In this document: positions 35,727-46,735 of the stretch, one piece after another | Position numbering within the stretch: the first letter of the stretch is position 1 | How the letters are laid out: the number at the start of each line of letters is the position of its first letter | Source: Felis catus | Lineage: Eukaryota | Length of the DNA: 64,000 bases | NCBI RefSeq assembly: GCF_018350175.1 | Contig: NC_058368.1 | Location: 83,020,001 to 83,084,000, forward strand | Direction: 5' to 3' | Program-made: the position numbers and the translations under genes | The notes under the pieces: model-generated | The model's input: the letters and a program-made list of their open reading frames with translations, nothing else | What the model was told of the DNA's origin: nothing | The model's database searches: none

Positions 35727-35841
35727 AAGTGAGCACTATATTTTTTTCTGATTTCAATAATTTTTAATTAAGCAGGAGAGAAATAAATATGGCAGAAAAA
35801 TTATAATGAATTTATTTTATAATTTTATAATAATAATTTTA

Positions 35842-36073
35842 TTATTTTTTTTTTAAATTTTTTTTTCAACGTTTTTTATTTTATTTTTGGGACAGAGCGA
35901 GACAGAGCATGAACAGGGGAGGGGCAGAGAGAGAGGGAGACACAGAATCGGAAACAGGCTCCAGGCTCTGGGCCATCAGCTCAGAGCCCGACGCGGGGCT
36001 CGAACCCACGGACCGTGAGATCGTGACCTGGTTGAAGTCAGACGCTTAACCGACTGTGCCACCCAGGCGCCCC
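35842..36073 (-). mobile_element. Very young felid Can-SINE with TSD
   Basis: CpG-rich. 16-bp TSD TATAATAATAATTTTA at 35826-35841 and 36074-36089. Confidence 0.98.
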
Positions 36074-36154
36074 TATAATAATAATTTTAGAATAACTAAA
36101 TAATTTTATAGTATGTAAATAATTTACAATTTTTCAATTTATAGCTTGAATATT

Positions 36155-36342
36155 CTTGCTTGATAAAATATAGTGTAGCCTATTAATTTTGAATATCAGA
36201 CAACTAATAATCATTATTAATGTAAAATGCATGACACAATATTTGTGGCAAAGTTACACTAAAAAGTATTTGTTGTTTATCTAGCATTTAAATTTATCAG
36301 CTGTTCTGTGTTTTGATTTGCTTAATTTGGTAATTGGCAACA
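36155..36342. mobile_element. MER53-like palindromic non-autonomous DNA element
   Basis: Imperfect inverted arms (TTTGAATATCAGACAACTAATAAT vs TATTTGTTGTTTATCTAGCATTTAAA) match the recalled MER53 layout. Confidence 0.65.
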
Positions 36343-36855
36343 TGTGCTTCTATGTAACCTACATAAGATGTAATTTGCTATGTGTTTGTTGTCTCTGCTA
36401 TACCTTACATACAGAGATACATTTAAGGGGCTTGGAACTTTATTTATACTTTAGTAAGTGATGTTTTGTGACTTTGTGGCAAAGAGTTATACTTTTGTAA
36501 CTTAATTTGGTGAAATAAATAAAACTGAATTGATTATATGGTTTATATCTAAAAACATTACCAAATTCAATTGATAAATCTATTATATACAACATTATAT
36601 TCTTTTTACATCCTACCAAAATTTTAAGTCACTTCAATAGATAATCTTAATTTCTTAATGTCTAGAAAAGAAAATTACAGACCACATAAGGCAACATAAA
36701 TTATTCTTGACTTTGCTCTGCTTCACGAGAGAACAACTAACAACTATACATAGACAAAACACCACTGAGACAATCCTAAAACACAAGAGGAAGGCCAAGG
36801 AACACCCCTGTGCCACAGAAACTAAAACAGACTGCACAAGAATAGTAACAGAGAA

Positions 36856-37058
36856 GGGTGCCTGGGTGGCTCAGTTGGTTGAGTGTCCAACTTCGGCTCA
36901 GGTCATGATCTCAAGGTTCGTGGGTTTGAGCCCCACGTTAGACTCTGTGCTGACAGCTTGTTCTGAGCCTGGAACCTGCTTCAGGTTCTCTCTCTGACCT
37001 TCCCCCATTCACACTGTCTCTGTCTCTCAAAAATAAATAAATGTAAAAAAAAGTAAAA
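36856..37058 (+). mobile_element. Can-SINE
   Basis: Consensus head. Imperfect TSD AAGAATA(G/A)TAA(C/T)AG. Confidence 0.95.
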
Positions 37059-37949
37059 AAGAATAATAATAGGGATGTCTACATCATGACCTCATTAATC
37101 CTTTCCCTGTCCAGCACACCCCCATGCAGATGAATTCTTCCTAAACCTACAGTTGTTCAGTGGGAAAAGAGAAACCAGGGATAATACCCATCCCCACCCT
37201 CACCATTGAAGATCTCTTCATGGAAGCCTCCACTTTAGTTTCGTCCCTCAGTATAATGGAAATGTGCAAGGCTCAACCACTGGGAATCTGATTGTGATGG
37301 AGAAGGAGGGAGGGGATTCCAAAAACCACCACTCAATTCTTGGCAGACTAGGTTCTTACCTGCAGGGTCTAAGCAGAAGTTCCTACCAGTGGTTTCGCTA
37401 TCTGCAGAAGTACAGAGATGCAGTATGACCAGAGAATTTAGTAGGGTGCAGGTCTGTCTGGGTCAAGTGTTGAAATGAGAAGTATGGCTCCACACACACT
37501 ATAGAGCATAGCTCTTGGCTCGTGCTGACTGAAAAGCTTATTGGGAAAGTTTGGGGATTCCCATAAGTGGGTCGTCCCAGTCCTGCCAAGGTAGGAGAGC
37601 TGACTCATAGTCCAGTGGCCAAAGAGTGTGGCCCCTGCCTTAGGTGACAGGAAGGTCCAGTGAGAACACCTGGAAAATGATTAATGCAGCAATGCTAGCA
37701 TTGAAGGCTGAACATGCAGAGCATAGGGGACAGACTACAGGACTCTAAAAGAAACAAACAATACTCACAAGAATTACAGAAGGAGAAGAGAAAACAAGGA
37801 CAGAAAATATATTTAAAGCTACAGAGAGTGAAGGAAATAGATCTCCATATCCAAAACGACCAAAGGATACCAAATAGATTGAGTCTGACTACAGCTACAT
37901 CAGTACCCATTATAATTAAAATCACAGGTCAAAGACAATTAAGAATTTT

Positions 37950-38469
37950 GTTTATATTATTATTATTATTTTGCCTTGAATGATCTGTTTTTATTCATCA
38001 CCAATTCATTTAGGTTCCTCTCCGACCATTGTATTGTCTGGTTGGATTTTATTTTATTTTATTTTATTTTATCATTCATTTATGTTATTTTTAATTTTTA
38101 ATTTTTTTTAAATTTACATCCAAATTAGTTAGCATATAGTGCAACAGTGATTTCAGGAGTAGATTCCTTAGTGCCCCTTATCCATTTAGCCCATCACCCC
38201 ACCCACAACCCCTCCAGTAACCCTCAGTTTGTTCTCCATATTTATGAGTCTCTTATGTTTTGTCCCTCTCCCTGTTTTTATATTATTTTTGTTTCCTTTC
38301 CCTTATGTTCAACTGTTTTGTCTCTTAAAGTCCTCATATGAGTGAAGTCATATGATTTTTGTCTTTCTCTGACTGACTAATTTCACTTAGCATAATACCC
38401 TCCAGTTCCATCCACTAGTTGGAAATGGCAAGATTTCATTCTTTTTGATTGCCAAGTAATACTCCATTG

Positions 38470-38517
<48 letters not shown>

Positions 38518-38717
38518 TATATATACCACATCTTCTTTATCCATTCATCGAATGATGGACATTTGGGCTCTTTCCATACTTTGACTATTGTTGATAGTGC
38601 TGTTATAAACATGGGGGTGCATGTGTCTCTTCAAAACAGCACACTTGTATCCCTTGGTTAAATTCCTAGTAGTGCAATTGCTGGGTTATAGGGTAGTCCT
38701 ATTTTTAGCTTTTTGAG
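37950..38717 (-). mobile_element. 5'-truncated LINE-1 with 3' transduction
   Basis: L1 3' end at 38105-38717, two T-rich tails, and TSD GAATTTT at 37943-37949 and 38718-38724. Confidence 0.92.
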
Positions 38718-39096
38718 GAATTTTAAAAGCAATAATAGAAAACAAACAAAAAATACATATAACAGAACCCCATAAAACGATTGATGGATTATTCAACATG
38801 CAACTTTCATGACAGAAACTACTGGTTTACAAGTTCCAAATACTGAAAGAACAACTTTCTTGTTTTTATGTTTAGGTTATACTCAGTTTTATTTATTTAT
38901 TTATTTATTTATTTTTTACTATATGAAATTTATTGTGAAATTGGTTTCCATACAACACCCAGTGCTCATCTCAAAAGGTGCTCTCTTCAATCCTCATCAC
39001 CTACCATCCCCTCCCTCCCACCCCCCCATTAACCTACAGTTTGTTTTCAGTTTTTAAGAGTCTTTTATGCTTTGGCTCTCTCCCACTCGGTTTCTG

Positions 39097-42000
39097 TTAA
39101 GTTTCACAGGATCCACATAAAAGTGAAAACATATGGTATCTGTCTTTCCCTGTATGGCTTCTTTCACTTAGCATCACACTTTCCAGTTCCATCCACGTGG
39201 CTACAAAGGGCCATATTTCATTCCTTCTCATTGCCACGTAGTACTCCATTGTGTATATACACCACAATTTCTTTATCCATTCATCAGTTGATGGACATTT
39301 AGGCTTGTTCCACAATTTGGCTATTGTTGAGAGTGCTGCTATAAACATTGGGGTACAAGTGCCCCTATGCATCAGTGATCCTGTATCCCTTGGGTAAATT
39401 CCTAGCAGTGCTAATTCTGGGTCATAGGGTAGGTCTATTTTTAATTTTTTGAGGAACCTCCACACTGTTTTCCAGACCGGCTTCACCAGTTTGCATTCCC
39501 ACCAACAGTGCAAAAGGGTTGCCGTTTTGCCACATCCTCTCCAGCATCTATAGTCTCCTGATTTGTTCATTTTGGCCATTCTGACTGGGAGGAGGTGATA
39601 TCTGAGTGTGGTTTTGATTTGCATTTCCCTGATGAGGAGCGACATTGAACATCTTTTCATGTGTCCGTTGGCCATTTGGATGTCTTCTTTAGAGAAGCGT
39701 CTATTTTTGTTTTCTGCCCATTTCTTCACTGGATTATTTGTTTTTCGGGTGTGGAGTTTGGTGAGCTCTTTATAGATTTTGGATACTAGCCCTTTGATAT
39801 GTCATTTGCAAATATCTTTTCCCATTCCGTTGGTTGCCTTTTAGTTTTGTGATTGTTTCCTTTGCTGTGCAGAAGCTTTTTATCTTCATGAGGTCCCAAT
39901 AGTTCATTTTTGTTTTTAATTCCCTTGCCTTTGGGGACGTGTCAAGTAAGAAATTGCTGCGGCTGAGGTCAGAGAGGTCTTTTCCTGCTTCATCCTCTAG
40001 GGTTTTGATGGTTTCCTGTCTCACATTCAGGTCCTTTTAAGTGGTCTAGATTAATTCTTCTGCATGTTGCTGTCCAGTTCTCCCAGCACCATTTGTTAAA
40101 GAGACCGTCTTTTTTCCATTGGATTTTCTTTCCTGCTTTGTCAAAGATGAGTTGGCCATACTTTTGTGGGTCCACTTTTGGAGGCTCTATTATATTCCAT
40201 TGTCTATGTGTCTGTTTTTTGTGCCAATACCATGCTGTCTTGATGATGACAGCTTTGTAGTAGAGGCTAAAGTCTGGGATTGTGATGCCTCCAGCTTTGG
40301 TCTTCTTCTTCAAAATTACTTTGGCTATTCGGGGCCTTTTGTGGTTCCATATTTAAGGATTGCTTGTTCTGGCTTTGATAAGAATGTTGGTGCAACTTTG
40401 ACTGGGATTGCATTGAATGTGTAGACAGCTTTGGGTAGTATTGGCATTTTGACAATATTTATTCTTCCAATCCATGAGCATGAAATGTTTTTCCATTTCT
40501 TTATATCTTATTCAATTTCCTTCATAAGCTTTCTATAGTTTTCAGCATACAGATCTTTTACATCTTTGGTTAGATTTATTCCTAGGTATTTTATGCTTCT
40601 TGGTGCAATTGTGAATGGGATCAGTTTCTTTATTTGTCTTTCTGTTGCTTCATTATTAGTGTATAAGAATGCAACTGATTTCTGTGCATTGATTTTGTAT
40701 CCTGCAAATTTGCTATATTCATATATTACTTCTAGCAGACTTTTGGTGGAGTCTATCGGATTTTCCATGTAAAATATCATGTCAGCTGCAAAAAGTGAAA
40801 GCTTGACTTCATCTTTGCCAATTTTGATTTCTTTGATTTCCTTTGTTGTCTGATTGCTGATGCTAGAACTTCCAACGCTATGCTAAACAACAATGGTGAG
40901 AGTGTACATCCCTGTTGTGTTCATGACCTCAGGGAGAAAGCTCTCAGTTTTTCCCCTTTGAGGATGATGTTAGCTGTGGGCTTTTCATAAATGGTTTTTA
41001 TGATCTTTAAGTATGTTCCTTGTATCCCGACTTTCTCGAGGGATTTTATTAATAAAGGATGCTGAATTTTGCCAAAGGCCTTTTCTGCATCGATTGACAG
41101 GATCATATTGCTCTTATCTTTTCTTTTATTAATGTGATGTATCACGTTGCTTGATTTGCGAATGTTGAACCAGCCCTGCATCCCAGGAATGAATCCCACT
41201 TGAGCATGGTTAATAATTCTTTTTATAAGCTGTTGAATTTGATTTGCTAGTATCTTATTGAGAATTTTTGCATCCATATTCATCAGGGATATTGGCCTGT
41301 ATTTCTCTTTTTTTGCTGGGTCTCTGGTTTAGGAATCAAAGTAATACTGGCTTCATAGAATGAGTCTGGAAGTTTTCCTTCCCTTTCTATTTTTGGAATA
41401 GCTTGAGAAGGACAGGTGTCATCTCTGCTTTAAATGTCTAGTAGAATTCCCCTGGGAAGCCATCTGGTCCTGGACTCTTATTTGTTGGGAGATTTTTGAT
41501 AACCAATTCAATTTCTTCGCTGGTTATGGGTCTGTTCAAGCCTTCTCTTTCCTCCTGATGGAGTTTTGGAAGTGTGTGGGTCCTTATGAATTTGTCCATT
41601 TCTTCCAGGTTGTCCAGTTTCTTGGCATATAATTTTTCATAGTATTCCCTGATAATTGCTTGTATTTCTGAGGGATTGGTTGTAATAATTCCATTTTCAT
41701 TCATGATTTTATCTATTTGGGTCATCTCCCTTTTCTTTTTGAGAAGCCTGGCTAGAGGTTTGTCAATTTTGTTTTTTTTTTTTTTCAAAAAACCAACTCT
41801 TGGTTTCCTTGATCTGCTCTGCAGTTTTTTTAGATTCTATATTGTTTATTTCTGCTCTGATCTTTATTATTTCTCTTCTTCTGCTGGGTTTGAGGTGTCT
41901 TTGCTGTTCTGCTTCTATTCCCTTTAGGTCTGCTGTTAGATTTTGTATTTGGGATTTTTCTTGTTTCTTGAGACAGGCCTGGATTGCAATGTATTTTCCT

Positions 42001-42889
42001 CTCAGGACTGCCTTTGCTGCATCCCAAAGCATTTGGATTGTTGTATTTTCATTTTCATTTGTTTCCATATATATATATTTAATTTCTTGTCTGATTGCCT
42101 GGTTGACCCATTCATTCTTTAGTAGGGTTGTCTTTAACCTCCAAGCTTTTGGAGTTTTTCCAAACTTCATCCTGTGGTTGATTTCAAGCTTCATAGCATT
42201 GTGGTCTGAAAGTATATATGGTATGATCTCAATTCTTGTATCCTTATGAAGGGCTGTTTTGTGACCCAGTATGTGATCTATCTTGCAGAAGGTTCCATGT
42301 GAACTCGATAAGAAAGTATATTCTGTTGCTTTGGGATGCAGAGTTCTAAATATATCTGTCAAGTCCATCTGAACCAGTGTGTCATTCAGGGCCCTTGTTC
42401 CTTTATTGACCATGTGTCCAGGTGATCTATCCATTGTTGTAAGTGGGGTATTAAAGTCCCCTGCAGTTACCACATTCTTGTCAATAAGGTTGCCTATGTT
42501 TGTAATTGTTTTATATATTTGGGGGCTCCTGTGTTCGGCACATAGACATTTATAACTGTTAGCTCTTCTTGATGGATAGACACTGTAATTATTATATAAT
42601 GCCCCTCTTCATCCCATGTTACAGCCTTTAATTTAAAGTCTAGTTTGTCTGATATAAGTATGGCTACTCCAGCTTTCTTTTGACTTCCAGTAGCATGATA
42701 AATAGTTCTCCATCCCCTCAATTTCAATCTGAAATTGTCCTCAAGTCTAAAATGAGTCTCTTGTAGACAATAAATAGATAGATCTTGTTTTTTTATCCAT
42801 TCTGATACCGTATGTCTTTTGGTTGGCGCATTTAGTCCATTTACATTCAGTGTTATTATAGAAAGATATGGGTTTAGAGTCATTGTGAT
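39097..42889 (-). pseudogene. Disrupted L1 ORF2 (endonuclease, reverse transcriptase, Cys-rich domain)
   Basis: Consecutive ORFs: SIITLNVNGLN/LQETH/GDFNTPL/SDHNA (EN), [16 protein letters not shown] (RT), CWRGCG..HCWWEC. Multiple frameshifts. Confidence 0.96.
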
Positions 42890-42933
42890 GTCCGTAGGTT
42901 TCATGCTTGTAGCGATGTCTCTGGTACTTTGGC

Positions 42934-43819
42934 TCACAAGATCCCCCTTAGGATCTCTTGCAAGGCTGGTTTAGTGGTGAAAAATTCCTTCAGTTTTTGT
43001 TTGTTTGGGAAGATCTTTATCTCTCCTTCTATTCTAAATGACAGAGTTGCTGGATAGAGGATTCTTGGCTGCATATTTTTTCTGTTCATCACATTGAAGA
43101 TCTGCCATTCCTTTCTGGTCTGCCAAGTTTCAGTAGAGAGATCAGTCACGAGTCTAATAGGTCTCCCTTTTATGTTAGGGCACGTTTATCCCTTTCTGCT
43201 TTCAGAATTTTCTCTTTATCCTTGTATTTGCCAGTTTCACTATGATATGTCGTGCAGATCGATTCAAGTTATGTCTGAAGGGAGTTCTTTGTGCCTCTTG
43301 GATTTCAATGCATTTTTCCTTCCCCAGATCTGGGAAGTTATCAGCTATGATTTCTTCAAGTTCACCTTCAGCACCTTTCCCTCTCTCTTCCTCCTCTGGA
43401 ATACGAATTATGCGTAGATTATTTCTCTTTAGTGCATCACTTAGTTCTCTAATTTTCCCCTCATACTCCTGGATTTTTTTATCTCTCTTTTTCTCAGCTT
43501 CTTCTTTTTCCATAAATTTATCTTCTAGTTCACCTATTCTCTCCTCTGCCTCTTCAATATGAGCCGTGGTCATCTCCATTTTAGTTTGCAGCTCATTAAT
43601 AGCATTTTTTAGCTCCTCCTGGCTGTTCCTTAGTCCCTTGATCTCTGTAGCAAGAGATTCTCTGCTGTCCTTTATACTGTTTTCAAGCCCAGTGATTAAT
43701 TTTATGACTACCATTCTAAATTCACTTTCTGTTATATTGTTTAAATCGTTTTTGATCAGTTCATTAGCTGTCGTTATTTCCTGGACTTTTTTTTTAGGGG
43801 AATTCTTCCATTTTGTCCT
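42934..43819 (-). pseudogene. Disrupted L1 ORF1
   Basis: ORFs 43202..43858 and 42934..43149. The start codon reads AGG (43819-43817) where paralogues have ATG. Frameshifted. Confidence 0.95.
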
Positions 43820-44722
43820 TTTGGATAGTCCCTGGAATGGTGTGGAACTGCAGGGCACTTCCCCTGTGCTGTCTTGAATAATGCGTTGGTGGGCAGGGCT
43901 GCAGTCAAACCTGATGTCTGCCCCATCCCACCGCTGGGGCCACAGTCAGACTGGTGTGTACCTTCTCTTCCCCTTTCTTAGGGCGGGATCCACTGTGGGG
44001 TGGCGTGGCCTGTCTGGGCTACTTGCACATTGCCAGGCTTGTGGTTCTGGGGATCTGGCGTATTAGCTGGGGTGGATTGGAAAGCTGCACAGGGGCAGGC
44101 GGGGCAGGCTCAGCTCACTTTTCTTTAGGAGATCTGATTCAGGATAGGCCTTGTGGCCCCCAGAGGGAGTGAGACCTGCCACCGGAGGGATGGATCCACA
44201 GAAGCACAGCCTTGGGTGTTTGTGAGGTGCAAGCAAGTTCACTGGCAGGAACTGGTTCCCGTTTGAGATTTCGGCTGGGTGATGGGCGAGGGAGATGGTG
44301 CTGGCGAGTGCTTTTGTTCCCCACCAAACTGTGCTCTGTCATCTGGGGCTCATCAACTCTCCCTCCCCTTGTCCTCCAGCCCTCCTGCTCTCCTAGCAGA
44401 GCTGATAACTTATAACCTTCCAGATGTTAAGTCCCACTTGCTGTCAGAACAAACTTTGCCCGGCCTCTCAGCTTTGCAAGCCAGAGTCAGGGGCTCTGCT
44501 TTGCTAGCGAGCTGCCCCTCTGCCCTTGCTCCCACCCGCCAGTCCATGTAGTGCGCAGCACCTCTCCATCCTTCCTACCCTCTTCCGTGGGCCTCTCGTG
44601 TATGCTTGGTTCCGGAGAATCTTTTCTGCTAGTCTTCTGGTGGCTTTCTGGGTTATTTAGGCAGATGTGGGTGGAGTCTAAGTGATCAGCAGGACACGGT
44701 GAGTCCAGTGTCCTCCTACACT

Positions 44723-44730
44723 GCCATCTT
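44723..44730 (-). promoter_or_regulatory. YY1-type motif AAGATGGC at the L1 5' terminus
   Basis: Located about 10 nt inside the TSD-defined 5' end. Confidence 0.7.
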
Positions 44731-45746
44731 CCCGCCTTCTGAAAGAACAACTTCAACAAAGAATGCTATACCAAAGTTTCCCTTAAGAAATGAAAAAAGA
44801 TAGACAAACGCTGAGTGAAATCTTCACCACCAGACCACCAATACTTCATTTAATACTCATGGTAAGCTCAAAGGAAAAAATCTGTGGTAGTAGTATAAAA
44901 GAGCATGATGAAGTCAAAGCATACTGCCCCACATGACACCCAAATACAGAAATAGAAGGATAAATTACAAGAAAAAAAAGGAATACAAAAGAAGAATACA
45001 ATTAACAAAATGCCAACAATAATTGCTCATTTAACAATATTTTCATTTGTAAATGAATTCAATCATCTAATCAAAAATACAACATGGTTTAAAGATTTGA
45101 AAAAAAGCAAGGGCTAATAATATGCTGCTTACAAGAGACTGACTATATTCTTACAGATACACATAGACCAAGAGAGGAGGGAGATATTTAAAGCATGTGG
45201 GAAGAAAAATGAAGGATGGCTATACTTTTATCAGAAATAATAAACTTAAAACTAAAAATATTGGAGACAAATAAATTCTTTAAATAAATATAAATGGGAC
45301 AATTAATCAAGAAAATAATTGTAATAGTTATACATGCAAGAATGCAACAATAGAGCACTTAAATAAACAAAGCTAAAAAAGTAACACAGGTAAAAGGAGA
45401 AATAAAACCCAACAAAATGATAGGAAGTTTAATACCACGTCCCCAACACTCAAAAGATCATCCAGACAAAAAAGAGATAAAAATAAGAATACCATGGATT
45501 TAAAAAACAGTGTACACAAAAGAACCTAAAATATATATACAAAATACTGAAAATAAGTGGATAAACATCTTTCTCAAGTACACATGATGTATTTTCTAGG
45601 ATATACATATGTTGGATCATAAAAGAAATCTCAGCAAAGTCAAGAAGACTGACATACCAGGTGTCTTCTGTGAATTCAGTGTTATGAAACTAGAATTGAA
45701 TAACAAGAAGAAAACTGAAAAATTCACACTGATTATTTTTTAAAAG

Positions 45747-45886
45747 GAGGGGAGGGTGGGTGATGGGTAATGAGGAGGGCACCTTTTGGGATGAGCACTG
45801 GGTGTTGTATGGAAACCAATTTGACAATAAATTTCATATATTGAAAAAAATGAATAAATATTAACAAAAAATTTAAAAAAAATAAA
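45747..45886 (+). mobile_element. Tiny young LINE-1 3' end
   Basis: GGGAGGGTGGGTGATGGG..CCAATTTGACAATAAATTTCATATATTG followed by an A tail. Confidence 0.93.
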
Positions 45887-46577
45887 TAAAAGTCTTCTAA
45901 ACAAATGATGATGTAATGAAATAAGACAAATTTTGAGAAAAGTATTTTGAAATAAATTAAATGGAAGCACAAAATACCAACCTTATGGGATGAAGAAAAA
46001 TCATTTTTAAGTGTAAGTTTGGAGCAATACATGCCTACATTAAAATACAAGAAAGATTTCAAATAAACACACTAACACTATGCCTTAAGGAACTAGAAAG
46101 GAAGAACATAATGAAAATAAAGTTAGCAGAAAAAAGGTAAATAAGATTAGAACAAAAACAAATAAAACAGAAAATGGAAAAACAGGGTTCACTTGACTAG
46201 CAATTATTTCTTTGAAAACATAAACAAAATTGACATTAACCTCAACTAATCAAGGAAAAAAGTGGATCCAAATCAATAGCATTATAAATAAAAAAGGAGA
46301 TATTACAAATGATACCTTTTCAATATACAAAGGATTATAAGATGAAAAGGTCAGAAGAGATACTATGAACAATGAAATGCCAACAAACTAGACAACCAAC
46401 AAATGGACAAATGCTAAGAAACATACAAACTAACATGACTACATAGTAATGTAATAAAATGTCTACATAGATATGTTATAAGGAGTTTCAGTTAGTATTC
46501 CAACATCTCTAAAGCTGAGTGAAGACCAGATAGTTTCACTGTTGAATTTTACCCAACATTTTAAGAAAAAATAAATC

Positions 46578-46735
46578 TGAAATTTGTTCACAAATCCAGA
46601 AGCTCTCGAAGCCCTATATGATTGGCAATTTTATGGAGGCTACATCACACAGGCGTGATTGATTATTAACTTCATTTCCAGTTCCTTTATCCTTCCTATA
46701 GAATGCAGGGCAGAAATTTCTAATCGTCTAACTGA
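46578..46735 (-). mobile_element. Internal fragment of a MER21-like LTR abutting the L1 5' end
   Basis: CCAGAAGCTCTC..TTTTATGGAGGCTACATCACACAGGCGTGATTGATTATTAACT matches the recalled MER21 sequence in antisense. No LTR termini are present. Confidence 0.65.

Larger units (their letters stand above)
38858..44738 (-). mobile_element. Full-length young felid LINE-1 (inactivated) with 15-bp TSD
   Basis: TSD CTGAAAGAACAACTT at 38843-38857 and 44739-44753. 5'UTR, ORF1, ORF2, 3'UTR and tail are all present. Confidence 0.98.

Noticed and set aside
41800..43877. Long plus-strand ORFs (41800..42249, 43242..43562, 43566..43877, and similar at 8326..8733) as membrane proteins
   Set aside because: They are antisense shadows of A-rich L1 ORFs, which give hydrophobic Phe/Leu/Ser-rich strings.
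44190..44551. ORF0-like antisense ORF in the L1 5'UTR
   Set aside because: The ATGs are shared with the 9266-9571 region, but the frames differ by indels between the two copies. Two copies cannot support it.
38858..44738. Retrotransposition-competent L1
   Set aside because: The ORF1 start codon is AGG, both ORFs are frameshifted, and there are small deletions near 40038 and 39088.
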